A DNA stretch of 63,573 bases, the filler included, from Atractiella rhizophila (taxonomy: Eukaryota), in the NCBI GenBank assembly GCA_021432655.1. It is 10 parts of 10 records of this genome, joined end to end, with 100 filler letters (N's around TTAATTAATTAA, not from the genome) between each part and the next. Parts side by side here need not be neighbours in the genome. Positions count along the whole stretch, not along the records: positions 6,957 to 13,801 come from MU272263.1; positions 13,902 to 20,724 come from MU272264.1; positions 20,825 to 27,641 come from MU272265.1; 7 more parts are not named here. One strand, 5' to 3'. Within the stretch, counting starts at the first letter, position 1; each line of letters begins with the position of its first letter. The position numbers were made by a program, and so were the translations under genes. Positions 13,573 to 27,005 of the stretch are shown here, one piece after another. Below the pieces are notes generated by a model. The model saw only the letters and a list, made by a program, of their open reading frames with translations. It was not told the DNA's origin and did no database searches.

Positions 13573-13801
13573 CATAATGATACGGTGATCCACTAGAAAA
13601 TTTCGAAGTTTCAAAATTCAACCGTTTTCGTCTAAATTTGAAACTAAGGTCCTCCTTTTGAGGAATGTTGCAGTCAACTATTTCAACATTACGTTACATC
13701 TTTGCAGCTTCAGAAGTACCCGTTCTCCACGTCTACGCAGACTTCTCGCCTTTGACATTTCTTTGGATCTTTGCAGAATGCACTCTTTTGCGGAGATCGC
13801 C

Positions 13802-13901
13802 NNNNNNNNNNNNNNNNNNNNNNNNNNNNNNNNNNNNNNNNNNNNTTAATTAATTAANNNNNNNNNNNNNNNNNNNNNNNNNNNNNNNNNNNNNNNNNNN
13901 N
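13802..13901. other. Artificial contig linker
   Basis: N44-TTAATTAATTAA-N44. Confidence 0.99.
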
Positions 13902-14881
13902 CTCAAGAATACTCACGTGACTCTGAGGAAGGACAGTGAGTCTTCAGACAGAGTTGAGAAGTGCCCGATGCTATATACAGGTGAAAGTCTAGGAGAGGTG
14001 TGCGCACGGTGCGTGCTGGTTGAGTATTGGGCTCAGGTAACAACGAGTTAGGAATTTGGCACGTCATGGTGCAGCTTATGTGGGTGTGGTGCAGAGGATC
14101 ACACAGGTGCGCTCAGCTCGTGTACATCATGATCTGCATCGTGAGGGGTACGACGGTTTGATGCCTGTCTGGATAATATCCATGTCCATGTCCATCCCTT
14201 ACTTTCCACCCCTACTGAGTAAACCCACATTCATCGCCTCTTTTGAACAGTCTCTTTCCCTTTCTTTTCTAACTCTGGCTAACTGGTCTCGTTGTCGGGC
14301 TTTGTTCAAGATCTGATTAAATGTCTATTCCTACCTCGACAACACACAATATGCTAAATCTTCACTTCTCCAAGGGTCGTGCGTGAGGCGATGTGATTTG
14401 GTTTTAATGCCATTTGAAGCAGACGAGTTTCCGCGCCGCTTGGTAGCATTGCCATAATTGATAATTGTATCCATTGTGAAAGTATCATGGTGATGCAAAT
14501 CTCACATAGTGCACCGATTAAAAGCCGACTTGGCTGCCTCCACTTCTCCCTACTGCGTGTGGAGGGCACCACACGCGCTGATTGATCCCATTGATGGCTT
14601 ACGATTCTTTGGATGCATTTCTCACTTCGCATGAAGGAACGGGCGAAAATCTCAGCGAGTTGGATCACCGTGACAGGAAGGCCGGCTCTTTGATTATTCT
14701 ACATCTGTGGTGATGGAAGAATAGAGAAGTCAGCTTGAAGTGTAACGGCGTAGTTGTTTCTGTGCTTAAGTGAGCAGGGAACAAACGATATAAGAATGGA
14801 CACTTCACTTTCTTTCTTTCGCTCGCATCACATAAACCATCCAATCCGTGCAGAACTTTTTCAACCAAACATCAATCCAGA

Positions 14882-16152
14882 ATGCCTCAAGCGCAGAACA
14901 CCCAACTGGCAGTATTCTCCACCGGCGGCAAGAGAGAGTTGAAGAGAGTTCCCATTTATTCTCCAGAGAAAGGAGAAGTGTTGGTGAGAAATGTAGCTGT
15001 CGCTTCGAACCCCAAAGACTGGAAATATCCTGTCTACAATCTCCAATGGGCTGGCTCCGAATGGTCCGCTGTAGAAGGAAGCGACGTTGCGGGGTATGTG
15101 GAAGAAGTTGGGGAGGGAGTGACAAACTTTAAGAAAGGCGATAAGGTGCGCGCCTGTCTCTTCTGATTCGTTGAGTCGGAGTGACCCTGGTATGGTTAGG
15201 TCGCAGGATTCACGGTCATGATTGAGCACAGTAAATATGGAGGATACCAACAGTATACGATAGTTCCAGCGACCACTTTGTTTCCACTTCCTCCTGGATG
15301 CAGCTTTGAAGAAGCGTCCACGTACCCTTTGGCATTTATGACTGCCGCACTCGGTTCGTATCTTCCTGTCCTGTCGCTATGACTCGTCGGCAGTTCAAGG
15401 CTCACATTGCTCAATAGGTCTTTTCCAGCAATTAAAACTCCCCACTCCTCTCAATCCAGTACGGCCTGAGGATACATTTCCTATCATTGTCTGGGGAGCA
15501 AGCTCCAGCGTTGGAGCATTCGCAGTTCAACTCGCCAAGGCGTCGGGTTTGCAGGTCATCGGTGTGGCTGGAAGCGCGAGCGATTACGTTCGAGAAATAG
15601 GAGCGGATGATGGTGAGCCATCAGTTTATGACATGGTTTCAACTTAAGGTCTATACAGTCGTTGATTATCGAAACAAATCTTCCTCCGAAATAGTTTCTG
15701 CCCTCAATTCCGCCCTTGGAGGAAAAGGAGCGACCGTCCGAGCGGTATATGACGCGATTTCCGAGTCTTCATCCGTAGAGACCATTGTCCAATTCCTCTC
15801 CGAGAAGAAGGAAAACAGCAAATTCGTCACTGTACTTCGAACGCCCGTCGAGCTTCCGGCTGACGGCCATGTCGCTCGTCTCATTACTTACGTTAAAGCC
15901 GTTCACCACGACACCCCTTTCGAGTCCTTTGGTGGAGTGCAGTTTGAGCCTGGCGTTGATTTTGGAAGAGAGTGGTACGCGTGGCTTGGGAGGGAAGGGA
16001 AGAACAAGGTCAAGCCGAATAGGGTGAAGGTTATCCCTGGGGGATTAGAAGGTGTGGACGAAGGCCTCACTCTGTTGGAGAAAGGGAAAGTGTCGGGTGA
16101 GAAATTGGTGTACAGAATCGCTGACACGAAAGCACTGAGCCAAGAACAATGA
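14882..16152 (+). CDS. Enoyl-reductase-like medium-chain dehydrogenase/reductase (GroES + Rossmann folds)
   Basis: EVLVRNVAVASNPKDWK, EGSDVAGYVEEVGEGVTNFKKGDKV, SFEEAST, VWGASSSVGAFAVQLAK, GKVSGEKLVYRI. Confidence 0.92.
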
Positions 16153-16819
16153 TTGGTTACTGAGCGATAGTCAGATCCCTTGCAATGGCTCCTTTCTTTG
16201 GTCTTTCCATCACGGTTGAGTTCCAAACGCCTGTATCCAACAAAGGGAGTCGTACACCATTGACTGGCCATATTGGAGCAAACTTCCCAAGAATAGCATT
16301 GCTTTCCTGTTCTCAATAACTCCGCACCATGGTGGTTTGTGCCTGTCGACAGAGTCGACGCTTGGTTCTTACAACAAATGGACCTGGGTCAATTGGCTTC
16401 ATTTTAAATTAGATCAAGGTGTTCAAAAGGATTGCGAGTATTGAATATCCAACCGTCTCACCGTTGGAAGATGACGACGTCGGTGTCGCCCTTGCTTCCA
16501 TGGCGGGAATCCATGATGAGGACGAATTAGCCCGGCGATTTCCCACAGACCTGGTGATTGAAATCTATCTCTGCAGCGGTTTTCGCTTCGTTGCTTAACT
16601 GTCTTCAGTCATCGGTTTCTTCTATTCAATTCAGATAGAGACGTACAAACTGGTTTTCTTCTGCAGGACATGGGCAGTCTCTTCATGTGTAGACTTCTAA
16701 TGATATTGGTTAAGGAGTCAAATCAATTACATGCCCAATCATCGAAAGTGCGGCGCGAATTGATGAGTTAAACAACAATCTATTGCTTTAATGGGACCCG
16801 AAAGTACTACAACACGAGC

Positions 16820-19305
16820 TTATCGCCCGCTAAACGATGGGAGACGAGGAGCCTGGAAGACAATGTCATGGCGAGAATTTAGGAGAAGGAGGAACATACG
16901 TTAAGGATGATGCCCATAGTACATCCAGAGTAGATCATAACAAAAACAACTGTCACGGAGAATCAGAATCGCTCCAAAAAGTCGGAGAGAAAACTTGCTC
17001 GTTCCAATCCAACCGATGTAAATGTGCGCGATTTGCTTCCAGTTTATCGACCTCAAATCCCAGTTGCAAAGAGCGACACCAATGGTGGCTCCAGTAATAC
17101 ACATGGTCGTAGAAACGGGAACTACGATGAGACTCAACAAAAGCTTGGATGAGAGGGGAGCGAGCAAGACGCACTGGCGTATTGGGAGGCGAGAATGACG
17201 GTGAGGGAGGCACCCAACTCCATGGTGAATCCTCGCGAAGGGCTGATCAAAGTGATGCGGTTACCGAGAACGGCCATGATGTTGTATCCATAGGTGGCGA
17301 GACCGATGACGAGGGCAGCGGCTCCCCAAACAAGTTGCCACGTTGGAACAGGTGCTTGCTTGTTGATGATACCATTCTTCCAAGTGTAGTCTGGTCCAAG
17401 TATTGAGAAAAGTAGGGGCGTGGACGAAAATGCTCACAAATGACAGACCATGGACCAATGGCGTTGGACAAGTCATTGGAGCCGTGAGCAAAGGACTATC
17501 TGGCTGCTTCAGCGAGGAAAAAACGGTCACAAGAGAACATACAGCAGTACATGCGGTGACGACTTGGAGAAAGGAGAATAGATGTTCGGTCTCGTTGGGA
17601 TATTGTTTCGCGCGAGCGAGAATAGCGTCCATCCTCTTCTCATCAGAGGTGCCGGTTCCAAGCTGGACAGCATGGACATCCACGCTCGAACCGTGGAGGA
17701 GAACGGCGGGGATCTTGTAGCGAACGATGATCCAGAGGTTTCGAGGAAGGAACCAGGCCCCTTCGATCTGAGGCTTCTCGAGGGAAGCGAGCTTCGAATC
17801 CTCAGGCGCCTTGTCAGCAGCAACATCAGTCGCGAGTTTGGGGCTCTTCTCATCGCTGGTGGATCCCTTCTCCTCGTCGTGGGTCGGATCGGAAGCATCA
17901 TCGCTGATCTCCTCGGCCCTCTCCGCTTCCTTGCGGACGCGGTAATCCTGGACGTGACGGTCAAGGGCATCCGCATCTGCCGGGGCAGGTCTGTTCCACA
18001 GAAGAGGTCCATAGAAGAAGTGGTACCATTGTATGGCTGCCTCATAATCAGCCACGCCTTGACGGAGAGCAGAGGAAGACGCACTGTAGTCCTTCTTCAG
18101 GACCTTTGCGCGAACAAAAGGTACCCAGAAAATGATCGACAGAATGGAAACTACAAGACCAGTGAGGACAATGGCAAGGGCGATTGTGGTGTCCGACAAA
18201 TCGTCGAGTCCAAGATCAGGAGATCCCTTGTCTGAGCAGCAATCCCATCAGGCCATCGATACCAGTAACAGCTGGAAAACTCACAAACGATAAGCATGGT
18301 GCAAATAGCGGTGACGAGGAAGAAGAAAAAGGGGCCAAGAATGAGACCCATTCTGGTTGGGTTTGGACTCCTGAGGACAAGAAATTTCACGATGAGGTAA
18401 ACAGCAGCAGCGAATCCAGCGGAGCTTGAGACGAAGTCAATGACTCTACTCAAAAGCGATGAGGTCAAGGAATACCCACAGGGCAGGAGCAATAACCAAT
18501 CCAGCCCAAATGGCTGCAAGACCCTTGGAGTCGTTCCATCCCCAGACTGGGGCATCGAAACCGCCAACAGCAACTTAGGAAGACATCAGTCAATTTAGCG
18601 CCATGCATTACGAACGTTGCTCACTTCCAGCTCCGGCGATTGCAGAGATGATAGAGTAAGTGGTAGAGACGGGCCAAGAGAGACGTGTAGCGAGAGAAAG
18701 CCATGTGGAAGAGCAGAAAACTATTTCGCTGGTTAGCAAGGTCAGGAACTTGGGGAGCAGACTTACGAGCAACCACAAAAGTCAAGAGCTGAACACCTGG
18801 ACTACCCTCGAAGATGCTTTGAGAGATGATACCGTTTTTAATTGTGCCCCTACCCAGGATAATAAGTTTTTCTGATGAAAGACGAGAGAAGAAGACGGAC
18901 GTGACACGAGCTCCAGCACCAACCGCACCAGCGAATTCAAAAATTCCGGCAAAAAATACGGCCTGTCTAAGGGTGAACGTTTTTGAGGACACGGAGGTGG
19001 ACCAAGAGTTGGCCACGTCGCTGTTGCCCGAAAATGAATGGACGTTTACTTTTTTGTAATGGACCAACTCACTTCGCACCGATCATATCTATTGTTCCAT
19101 TCAGTACAGTAATGATAAAGGGAGAAACAGACTGACAAGCATCAAGGACGGCGAAGATCGTGCCGAAGGCAAATAAGTCTTTTCTCCAATTTTAGCGCAT
19201 AATCTCAGGAGAACAAGCGACTCACAATCATCTGTTCAAAGCCAGAATTAGTTTCAAGACAGTGGACTAGAGCGGAAAAAACTCACACTCGTGCAGAACA
19301 GGCAT
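16820..19305 (-). CDS. PHO89: PiT/PHO4-family Na+/phosphate symporter
   Basis: Spliced N-terminus MPVLHEYDYLFAFGTIFAVLDAYMIGANDVANSWSTSVSS; AGIFEFAGAV; second NDVSNAIGPW signature; PVSTTMCITGATIGV. Confidence 0.95.
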
Positions 19306-19398
19306 CTTGAGCAGACTCAATGGCCAGAGGTCGGAATGAATAGAGAGATGTCATGAGAGGGGACGACGAAAGAGATTTATATTATTCACAAATGTAGG

Positions 19399-19777
19399 AA
19401 CGTGCCTCCAGGCTTCGTAGCTTTACCTTCATGGATATCTTGGCTGAACTTGGCTCGTGTGACAATCCTGGGATCTTTCCCCTGCTTCGAGGTCCCAAAT
19501 CTGCCAAGCTCGCTTCTTGGCGGATCGGCATATGGTGCCGAAGGCAGTCTGCGCGCAGGAAAAAGAGCGAGGAGATGGAGATGGAGTCTTCGAAGAGCTG
19601 TGCTTGCAGCGGTTTCGCACAAAAAGAATAAACGTGTTAAAAAAGTGATTCCTACGTACAATGCTGGAAGCTTTGAGAGCTTCCAGACCAGACTCCTGCC
19701 CCACGATTGGAATGTTCGACAATCTTCGCAAGCTCGCCCAAACACAAATTTTCCAACGGGGTGCAAATTTTAACGTG
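19399..19777 (-). promoter_or_regulatory. Three co-oriented CACGTT (Pho4-type) boxes upstream of PHO89
   Basis: AACGTG on the + strand at 19399-19404, 19631-19636 and 19772-19777. Confidence 0.55.
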
Positions 19778-20040
19778 GATCCATGAGGGTTGATGGATGG
19801 AGTGTTCAAGATGGATCATCCTTTGCGATTTCTACTTCACTTGACGAGAGCTTGACAGAACGGACATTTACAATCTTTCAGCGTCATGATGTTTCTAAGT
19901 GACGTTATACTCCGGTCTTTACAATTATATAGGAGAAACTCTGTTGGAAGCCCTTTCTACAGCCTCCTCCTTCAGCTCCTTCAGCCAGTAGTCACCACTG
20001 CCCAGCCGTACTGTGTAAGCTGAGGATGGTGTATTTCCAC

Positions 20041-20081
20041 TTGTATCTAAAGCGCCTGCATCCAGTTGTATCTAAAGCGCC
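20041..20081 (+). repeat. 16-bp direct repeat with a 9-bp spacer
   Basis: ttgtatctaaagcgcc-tgcatccag-ttgtatctaaagcgcc. Confidence 0.9.
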
Positions 20082-20724
20082 AGCAATTGGAATTGACTTT
20101 GGTGAATGAGCATTGTAGCCACAGAACAATAAGAGCAGGCACGGTTTAGCGCAAGAGACATAAACGGAGGATCTCATTCCTATGACCTTCAGACAGAATG
20201 GCTTACTAAATTACTCCTTCCTCCTTCACCTCCTTCCCATTTAACATAATTCACATTAACACAATTCACATAACATGACTGCATTCCCTTCATCTCATTT
20301 CCATTTTCCGACCTCCACCTCTCCTACTTACAGTATACAGCACCCTCTCGAACATTCCCTCAGACTACTCTTTGAATCTGTAGCTGTTGTTGCTTGTTAC
20401 ACTTTCGTCGTCCCACTATCCCGGTGCGGGTGGCGAATGGTCTTGTACTATTCCGTCCTTCCAAAAGAAGCAAATCTACATGGTTTATGGTTTGCTTGAC
20501 TTTACTTGAACGCGTTCCTTGTCCACAGTGTTCTGGACATTTGCTCGCGCACTCGCTGGACGGCGCCATCCAGAAGCTGCGGTTTGAGGCATTGCTACTC
20601 TGAAATCTGTAAGAATTCGTGCTACTCCTCGACAGAGCTAAGTCCGGATTGCAGCCTTCTGCTAGCACTCGCACTTTTCCACTTAAACCATGGACAGTGA
20701 AACCGCTGCGAACACAACACTCGA

Positions 20725-20824
20725 NNNNNNNNNNNNNNNNNNNNNNNNNNNNNNNNNNNNNNNNNNNNTTAATTAATTAANNNNNNNNNNNNNNNNNNNN
20801 NNNNNNNNNNNNNNNNNNNNNNNN
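20725..20824. other. Artificial contig linker
   Basis: N44-TTAATTAATTAA-N44. Confidence 0.99.
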
Positions 20825-21635
20825 GAGGAGGAAAGATCAGGAAGAGAGACGGTGAAGCGGTCGAGGACTTTGGTAGCTCCAAGGGAGGTGAGATAGGCTG
20901 CATGCTTGTTCGAACCGTAAGCTGTAATATCTGAGAAACCGAGGAATTTGAGGACCTGGATCGCTATTTGAACGGAACATTTAGCTTATTGCTAGACGAC
21001 GAGAATAAGGGAATACATACAGAATTGTCCAATGGAGGTGCTACCACCAATCACCAACGCAGTTTTACCTTTACAAGGTCCATCCATAGAGAAGGTCGGG
21101 TTCAGTCCCAAACCGTGAGGGACTTCATCCATCAATCCGATTATGACAGTCGCTGAGCAAATAGGAAGCGTTGCAGCCTCTTCGAAGCTCACATTGTCTG
21201 GAATCTGCCGCGTTCGAAGGTCAGTCTCCGGATCACCCAAGTACTGAAACAAGCACTTACTCGAACCAAGGCATCGGTCTTGTAAGCAAAATATTGCTGA
21301 AATGCGCCACCCATCGTTCCAAGCATCCTATTCGCGAGGTTAATTGTTGTTGTGCGTTTGTCGATTAAAAGGACTCACACTCTGTCGCCAACTTTGAAAT
21401 CCTTCACGTCCTCTCCCACGTCCTCGACCACCCCAGCGATATCTCCTCCTAGAACATAGGGGTAAGAAGGGATCGCAAAGTTCAAGTCATGCATCTTCCA
21501 ATCCATAGGATTCAAACCGGCCGCTTGAATCTTGATGAGCACTTCGTCCTTCGCAGGCGTTGGGACGTCGATGGTCTGCACTACGAAACCACCATGGACG
21601 ACGGGAGTGACGGCTGCTTTCTGAGTAGTTGGCAT
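20825..21635 (-). CDS. Second enoyl-reductase-like MDR (3'-truncated by the contig end)
   Basis: EVLIKIQAAGLNPMDWK, LGGDIAGVVEDVGEDVKDFKVGDRV, IPDNVSFEEAATLP, IGGSTSIGQF. Confidence 0.9.
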
Positions 21636-22400
21636 CTTGAATTGCTGTTTGCTTTTTGATTGTCAACTTCTTCGAATTTGAGGAATTGTTGTCTGGTTTC
21701 GCCAGCAATTCACACCTCCTTTTATCCTCCTCTGGAGCTCCACCTCTCTTCCAGGACGCGCATTGTCGCTTGCCTGCGCTTTGGATTTCACCTAACCTGC
21801 AACGCGACACAAGCGCCGACAAATTGTGGAGGGCTGAGGTAAGTGCTTCTCCGAAGCCGGCGTGGCAGAAATTCTGGATCAGGATCATGGTAGTGTGTGT
21901 GCGTGGAGCTCAGCGCGAGCGTCGGCCTCGATTCGGTGCTCTGGAGCAGGAACTCATCACGATTCCTGCGGGTCGGGGACGGTGAGAGTGGTCGGAGAGA
22001 AAAGCGAGCAAAAGTAACGAGTCCGAGCTGATTGAGCCAATTGGAGAGTGCTTGCACCATCTACGGCTACGAGATGTTCATATGCCTGGCACCTTTCGTC
22101 AAGGAAGTGAGCTAACCCTTTCCTAGTCATTTCCTGGTCGGAAAGATCTTGGACGGGAAAACGAGCAACTAGTTTAAGACTCAATGCGTGCGTACTTCTG
22201 TCGCTTTCAAAAAACACCCAACACTGACATAGTATTGACATCTAACATTCCGTGAAATGAATCGTTGTAACAATTCTTTGTGAAGCATCAGAAGCAAGCT
22301 GGTTGTTTTGTGCCTAGAATTGGACGGATAGTCAACGAGAACTAAACTACGTGCTCACTTCCGATTCACACAAACAACATCTCTGCCAGGTTACTCGCCA

Positions 22401-23079
22401 ATGAAATTTTGGGAGAACGATGGTCCTTCCGTCGCGCGTCGCATCAGCCTCAAGGTCACCCACCCAACACCTTCCAGCACGCTCTACACGGTGACACAAC
22501 TGCGCTCCACCCCGCTGGCCTGGGTTGGACTCACAGTTGCCTTGTTGTTTATCTGGGTACGGTCATTCTGGGTTGCAGGCATCATTGGCGCATATGGCAT
22601 CTACTATGCTTTCACAGGGCGTAAACGGACGTGTAAGCTCTCCATTCAACCCCTTATGCTTCTAGATGTCAGTTGACATAAGTTGGTATGCACGAAGCTA
22701 CCCTCCTCCTCCTTCCCTCTCTCGGCGTCCAACTCTCCACAAAGCCCATCCTCATTCGAGTATCTCATATCCGCGCCGCGCATCTCAACGAAGTAGTTCA
22801 TGGTTGGAAAGTGATTTGGGTCCTGGTGCTCGTACTGCAGCCTCCGGGAGGTGAGGAAGGCGAGACGGAGCTTGTGGTTGTTTTCGAGGTGCGTCGTCTC
22901 TCTGATAGTGTAGGAGGAGATTGTTCTGGTTTTGAGATTGTTTAATGGAGATGAGAGTAATATACCTTTGTGGGTGGTAGGATATTAAACCGCCGCTCAA
23001 GGTTTTGGTCACGGTTTGGAAGGATTTGAAGCTTGCCATTGAGGATGGAGCGTCAAGAAACAATCAAAATACTAGATGA
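22401..23079 (+). CDS. GPI15: GPI-GlcNAc transferase subunit PIG-H/Gpi15-like
   Basis: Two hydrophobic segments, then ATLLLLPSLGVQL..HLNEVVHGWKVIWVLVLV..LVVVFE|DIKPPLKVLVTVWKDL, the PIG-H pattern. Confidence 0.78.
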
Positions 23080-23758
23080 AGCTCAGGGATCCATGTTAAA
23101 GCTTCGTGAAGCTCGTCACTGGAGCGGAGCTACTGACAGCTCATTGCGATAAGATGACTATCCATTCTATGGGTAGAGGGAACTCAGGTTTCCTCCGGCT
23201 GCATCTCTCCGCTGCTGATAGGAAAACATGGGAAAGGAGATTGCATGAAGAGTAATTTGGGTATTGAGGAACAACTGCTTTATTGGTCATGTAACACGGA
23301 GGTCAGTTTTACGTGCTGTAACATTGTCACGCGTTTCGCACCTACTTGAGTCTTGAAAACGCTTCAACATTTTCTGCTGAAAGCCTTCTTGTTTCTGTTT
23401 GCCCTTTCATCCAAAGTCAAAACCATTAACTTTACAGTCACTGTTCCCAGCCTTGCTCTTTGTTCGCAGAAAAAACGAGTCGAAGAAAGCCATTGCGAAC
23501 CAGTGTGCTCTCGATGTGCTGCGTGTGACATGCAAAGTTGCAAAGTTGGATCGCAAACCGGTTGAAAATATCAGCAAGCTGGTCCTAGGATACCTTTCAC
23601 AAAAGTTACTTGAAGTGGTAATGCTCTAGTATGAACGACGTTCCACGGTTACATCATCAAACACATTCTATAGCGACAAACTCCACAAGCATCAAGCCCG
23701 GTTCAACCAGCCAACTCAGAGTACACACAACAATGGTGCAGTGAGGGACCAAGCAACT

Positions 23759-25457
23759 TCAGACTTCATAGCTTTGCCCATTCGAAACAAGCTCTCCTTT
23801 CTTCTCGTGAAACGAAGGCGGAGAAGAATGTACACGATCGAGTTGTACCGACTGTTCCAGGACGTCGGTTTGCTGCACTGACATCTTGGTAACCTTGGGT
23901 TTTCTCAGCTCGCTTTCATAGAGACAAAGAGCAGACGACGTACAAAGATTTGGTCATGGAGTGCGCATCTCGAGAGATTTCGGGACGGTGGCATGTTCCC
24001 CTTTTCGTGGCTTCGGCTTGTTGAAGAGGGATTGGTGTTGGCCGCCAGCGCAGCTTCGTACAGAACCAGGGCTGCGATCACGTAGAGCTACGCATACCCT
24101 TGTTCATCAGCAACATGTATTGTGACAGAAACACTGATTTGACCTTTCCAATAAAATACCCGATTGCCCCCCACCACCCTGAGCGCTTCAGGCAGTCGTC
24201 AGCGGTTTTCTGCATGAGAAGGGAACGACATACTGGCTTGATGATAATAAAGAGCAGTTCCAGGACCTAGGCTCTGTAAACTTGGAACACTCCAAAGGAT
24301 GGTCAACGCACCTGTGCTATTGTTGGTATGAGTCCAGTCTCAAGTGTCAGCTTGCTAAACACAGGTTGAGCCACAACATTATCGCAGATGAAACCTGAGA
24401 GCCGCACATGAACTATTCATTAAACTTTGTCAGGTTGCAAACAAGTGGCAAGAAGAAGCGCACCTTTCTAGCCATGGAGTTGGTGCTGTCGAAATCCGAT
24501 TTCGTTCTGTGTTGTTGGAGATGATAAACCATGCAAGCGCAGAGGATCACATCGACCGCTGACGCACCTAGACATCACGAATGTAAAGGCTTCCACTAGG
24601 ACGAAAGAAGGAAACTAACAGCTCAGGGCTATGATCCCTGGAGCGAACAGACGTGGGAAATAGTTGATGATCGGTTGAGCCTGAACAATGGCAGCGAGGG
24701 TGAAGGCGACGAGCTGTTGCAGGTTGTGAGCTTCGTCTTGAAATATTTAAGATGATTTACTGAAGCGATTATCAACACTCCTGCCAGACAGAGACACCTG
24801 CACCTCCTGTAAGTTCGAATCCAACTGAACGGGTGTGGCGTACCCATATGTGACGACCCTCGCCCGACGGTGGGACGGGTTGAACTTTGCCCCAATACCC
24901 CTTGATAAAAAGTGACCGACTTTAGAGGTCAAACTTGGTTATAAGAGAAGTGACGAACCCCATGATCCGCAAGATGCGGTGGATGTAAAGCAATTGGACG
25001 AACACTACTACAATACCTTGAAAGATTGCGGTTGCGACTTATCAACCAGAATTAGAGAGTCCATAATGTGAGGCCACGAGAAAACTTACTGAATGTCCGA
25101 TCAACAGGTTTGACAAACAGGAGTACCCCATCAAGAGCAGCACCCTGCATGTAGTTGACGAAAAGAATCAACTTGTTGATGCTGTCTCCGACATCAACGG
25201 CCTGGGAGAGAAGGAGAGTATGGAAACACCTACGTGTCTGCGAGACTGAGCCAGAAGAGGACCATCAAGACCCACCAAGACCTCGAGTACCAGGTCCCGC
25301 GTTCATGCATGAGCTTGAACACTTGCAAGAACTGATGGACTGATATCCCGAACAGGATGGAACCGATAGAAGCACCGACGACGACGGGCATAATGTGAAG
25401 TCGGTACTCCTCTGTCGTCCATTGCACGAAAGTCTGAACAGGTGCCTCGCTGCTCAT
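23759..25457 (-). CDS. Fungal multi-pass membrane protein, DUF6534-like, many short introns
   Basis: PVVVGASIGSILFGISVHQ, FVQLLYIHRI, LETGLIPTIAQ, GYFIGK|LYVIAALVL. Confidence 0.68.
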
Positions 25458-26149
25458 GTTTGCCACCAACGATCAGAAAGCAAAAAGAGAACAGATTTTC
25501 AGATTGAGGACAGCTCCCCATCTTAAAGAGTAATCGCAGGCATAGCAGGGAGAAGCAGGGGAAGAAGGTGTTCAACCGCCTCGGCACTTACTCGCTTCAT
25601 AGCGCGTCGATGAGAATTTCGACTGTCGTCAGGATAATAACTGAGTGCCAGCGCCACGTCCGGATAGATTCCGCTTATGGCCTGCCGCGCTCTGTCATTT
25701 GGTTGAGATGAGGAGATGTGAATGCAATGTGCGCGGGTATCAACGCCGGAATTCAGCAATTTAGGCGTCTTCGAGCTCTTGACGAACCTCAAGCCGATCC
25801 GATTCTTTTTCTTTAAGGATCCGACTGTTCTCAAGAGTGGAGAGGGGAGCATTCGATGTTCGACTCTCGGACGAAAATTGGAAAAAATGGGTATTTAGAA
25901 CCTTCAGATTTAGCGCCTGTTAACTGGCGCTCTTTGACCTCTCTGTTTGTTCTTGCTGCGGTCGGCAACTTGAAGAATGGAGATTGGTGGAGCAATTCTC
26001 TCTCTTCTCATGCTACATAGGAGAGCAAGTTCATCAGTCAACTGCCAGTGAGGCGAAGATGTTATTGGACACCGCATCGAGACTCTCAAACAAGTAGATG
26101 TTAGATAACTGGTAAATACCGTCCTCTAAGAGCCAGTCGCAGAACGTCC

Positions 26150-26350
26150 TCCCCCAACCCAAACTGAAACCCCCACCTCCCCCCCCCAAACCGGGGCCCG
26201 TAAAACAAAAATAGGCCGAAACCCAAACCCAAAAATGGCCGCCCACAAAAACACAGGCAAAAGAACACCTGAAAAAAAAAAAAAAAAAAAAAAAAAGAGA
26301 GAGAGCGGCCCCCGAAAAGAAAAGGACAGAAAAAAGCGGGAAAAAACCTC
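26150..26350. other. A25 homopolymer (26272-26296) flanked by homopolymer-rich, probably low-quality sequence
   Basis: Runs of C, A and G on both sides of the A tract, unlike the surrounding composition. Confidence 0.75.
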
Positions 26351-27005
26351 AGTTACCGCTTGATCAATTCAGCCGGTCCAAAAACAAAGTGATCACCTTG
26401 GAAGTCCAGGAAGGGATGTGTTGTGAGCATACGGCTGGCATTGCGTGGTAGAGGATTCCACCTTCACAAAGAGAAACAAGTAGGATGAAACACGGGACCT
26501 GAAAGAGGAGTTGAAGGAGGAGTTAGGATGGTGATACCATCGGTTCTCCAGAAGTAGGCTAGATTTTTGACTGCTCCATGGATTCCTTAAGACCTTACAC
26601 GTCTGTGGACTCTGGACCATGCATTCGCGCTGCATGTCTAAAGCGTGTTCTAGCATCATCCGCCACCATACTTGCACCATTGTAGAACGAGGCGCGCCGA
26701 TTCCAGTTTTAGCGTGTCATATAAGCTTGTTGACCGTCTCAGACATACTAGGCCTGCAATCAGACGCTGTGCTCTTCTCCCCAAGTCGGAGCGCCAGTTG
26801 TCAAGAACAATGGCAACGATGCCATACAAAGAAGGTAAGGTAAGGTGGCAGGATTGATCCAGGGGACGTTGTCCTCGATGTCCTCCTAGACCTTGCAGTT
26901 CCTGAAACGGACAAAGCAGACGCTCCAGAATGTGAAGCCCTCCAGGCAGATTGAGAGAACCCAACTTTTCGAGTCGAACTAAGTTGAACAGACTCCTGCG
27001 ATTCT

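Noticed and set aside
26150..26350. Poly(A) tail of a retroelement; Gly-rich ORF 26034-26246
   Set aside because: Both flanks degrade into homopolymer runs, typical of base-calling failure around a long A tract; no TSD or RT sequence.
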